Below, piece after piece: positions 35,765 through 36,913 of a stretch of DNA of 36,913 nt (its first letter is position 1; each line of letters begins with the position of its first letter). The DNA lies in the IMG/VR virus record IMGVR_UViG_3300047163_000044, positions 1 through 36,913 of that record; one strand, written 5' to 3'. The stretch comes from a virus. The position numbers and the translations under genes are program-made. The notes beneath the pieces are model-generated. The model searched no databases and was not told the origin of the DNA. It saw only the letters and a program-made list of their open reading frames with translations.

Positions 35765-36913
35765 ATGTTCAAATACCTTACGCCAATACTTGCTGTAATA
35801 TTACTGTCTACCCCTGCGCATGCCCTTTTAAAAGCTGTTTCTAATCAAGGTGGGGGGACATTAGGAAGCAGTTCAACTATAAACTCTCCTGCCGCCTCAG
35901 GTGACACCACATCCGGCTTTAACGCAACCGGCACTGGCGCGAGCGCTGTCATCAATACGGCGATAAATAATAATAACGTTTTGTCCGTGAATTCGGCGGG
36001 CGCGGCAACGAACCCCGCTACCCCGACCTACACTCTCACCACGGCGGCGGCGCAAGTGGCCGCTGGGTACACATTGCCTTTCACCAACGCGACTTCCGTC
36101 ACCATAGGCAACGGCGTTTCGGGCACCAATATACCTGCCAATACGGAGGTCATATTTGCCAGTCAAGGAACGGCGTCCGTTTCCCAGACCATCCCTGTTT
36201 CTGTCCCGGCGCTGGCCTTTGAAATGCCCGTACCCAATTCCACCGGCATTTATCCCGGCATGGTCATGCAGGACGCCAACGGCTCGCTGAACGGCGCGGC
36301 AGTAGTCGGTGGAGTTTATGGTGCTGCATCCGCTCCTTACACCCTTACGTCGCCTACAGGAACAAACGGTTCAATTATCATTACTGTGACAAGCGGCGGC
36401 ACCGGTTGCCCGCTCGGCAGCTTGCTGATTGACTCAACGACAGCCGCAGTCCCGTACGGCGATAGGGTTGCCGCCACCACTGCCACTACCCTGACTCTCG
36501 AAACGAACCTCTCCGCCAACATGCTCAGTACCGACACGGTGCAATGCTACCCGGATGTCAACTTCTCCGTCCAGTCGAACAACAGCGGCATGGCGGCATC
36601 GGATGTCGTGACGTTTTATCCCGCCGTATCATTAAGCGCCGCTACCACCGCCGCAGTTTCGTCTGGTGCCACTATCACCTTCAGCAATAATAATTCACAG
36701 CTAACCCCCGCCGCCGTAAATGCCGGAGGCCCGTTCAATGGTGGCTTTTCCGGTTTGCAGACGAACGGCAACACGGCGTTCCAGACGACTTATGGTATTA
36801 CCTACGTGTTTAACCCCGGCAGCGTGACGCTCGGCGGTATCGGCGCGGGCGCTAAAATCGGCCCGGCCGAGAGCCTGCTCACCGCCGTGGGCTATCAGGC
36901 TTTCGGCTCAGCC
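35765..36913 (+). CDS. Tail fibre, N-terminal part. The frame is open to the window end and continues at 1..1372 after removal of the 127-nt overlap.
   Basis: SD ggagaa lies 5 nt upstream of the ATG at 35765. I translated the whole stretch by hand and found no stop. The N-terminus MFKYLTPILAVILLSTPAHA is signal-peptide-like. It is absent from the ORF track because there is no in-window stop. Confidence 0.85.
   Translation, partial: MFKYLTPILAVILLSTPAHALLKAVSNQGGGTLGSSSTINSPAASGDTTSGFNATGTGASAVINTAINNNNVLSVNSAGAATNPATPTYTLTTAAAQVAAGYTLPFTNATSVTIGNGVSGTNIPANTEVIFASQGTASVSQTIPVSVPALAFEMPVPNSTGIYPGMVMQDANGSLNGAAVVGGVYGAASAPYTLTSPTGTNGSIIITVTSGGTGCPLGSLLIDSTTAAVPYGDRVAATTATTLTLETNLSANMLSTDTVQCYPDVNFSVQSNNSGMAASDVVTFYPAVSLSAATTAAVSSGATITFSNNNSQLTPAAVNAGGPFNGGFSGLQTNGNTAFQTTYGITYVFNPGSVTLGGIGAGAKIGPAESLLTAVGYQAFGSA
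36787..36913. repeat. Terminal direct repeat, right copy, identical to 1-127
   Basis: Same 127-nt string as the window start. It lies inside the open frame that starts at 35765. Confidence 0.95.

Overview
The window is one complete phage genome. Bases 1-127 are repeated exactly at 36787-36913, so the unique length is 36,786 bp (a circular or circularly permuted assembly), and a tail-fibre gene is split by the window ends. Gene content indicates a P22-like podovirus of a Gram-negative host.

Rightward late block (12246 to the end, wrapping to 3789):
- a Cro-like HTH, nucleases and a minimal C5-methyltransferase-like protein
- a replication organiser and a loader-like protein
- TerS, TerL, portal, a GroES homologue, scaffold and a P22-type coat
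- gp4-like adaptor and gp10-like tail-hub protein
- an acetyltransferase-like protein and three ejection proteins, the last with a lytic transglycosylase domain
- two fibre genes
- lysis cassette: putative holin, GH24 endolysin and overlapping i-/o-spanins

Two leftward early operons (9465->3889 and 12116->10184) consist mostly of tiny, translationally coupled genes, many below the 60-aa ORF-track cutoff. They include RecT and a DUF1367-like protein. Each leftward operon faces a rightward Cro-like HTH gene across an operator-rich divergent promoter region. I found no integrase, CI/S24-type repressor, DNA or RNA polymerase, tRNA, CRISPR array or transposase.

Most unusual items:
- a 317-aa protein whose C-terminal half is about 140 aa of a 4-residue (S-A-A-X)n repeat, encoded by a 12-nt tandem array that is stop-free in five frames
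- a GC-rich 570-nt segment downstream of recT, either an atypical His/Cys-rich ORF or a structured RNA
- a true GroES homologue in the head module
- a fibre that combines a signal-peptide-like N-terminus, adhesin-like repeats and an S74 chaperone domain

All functional calls rest on motif recognition by eye. No database search was run.
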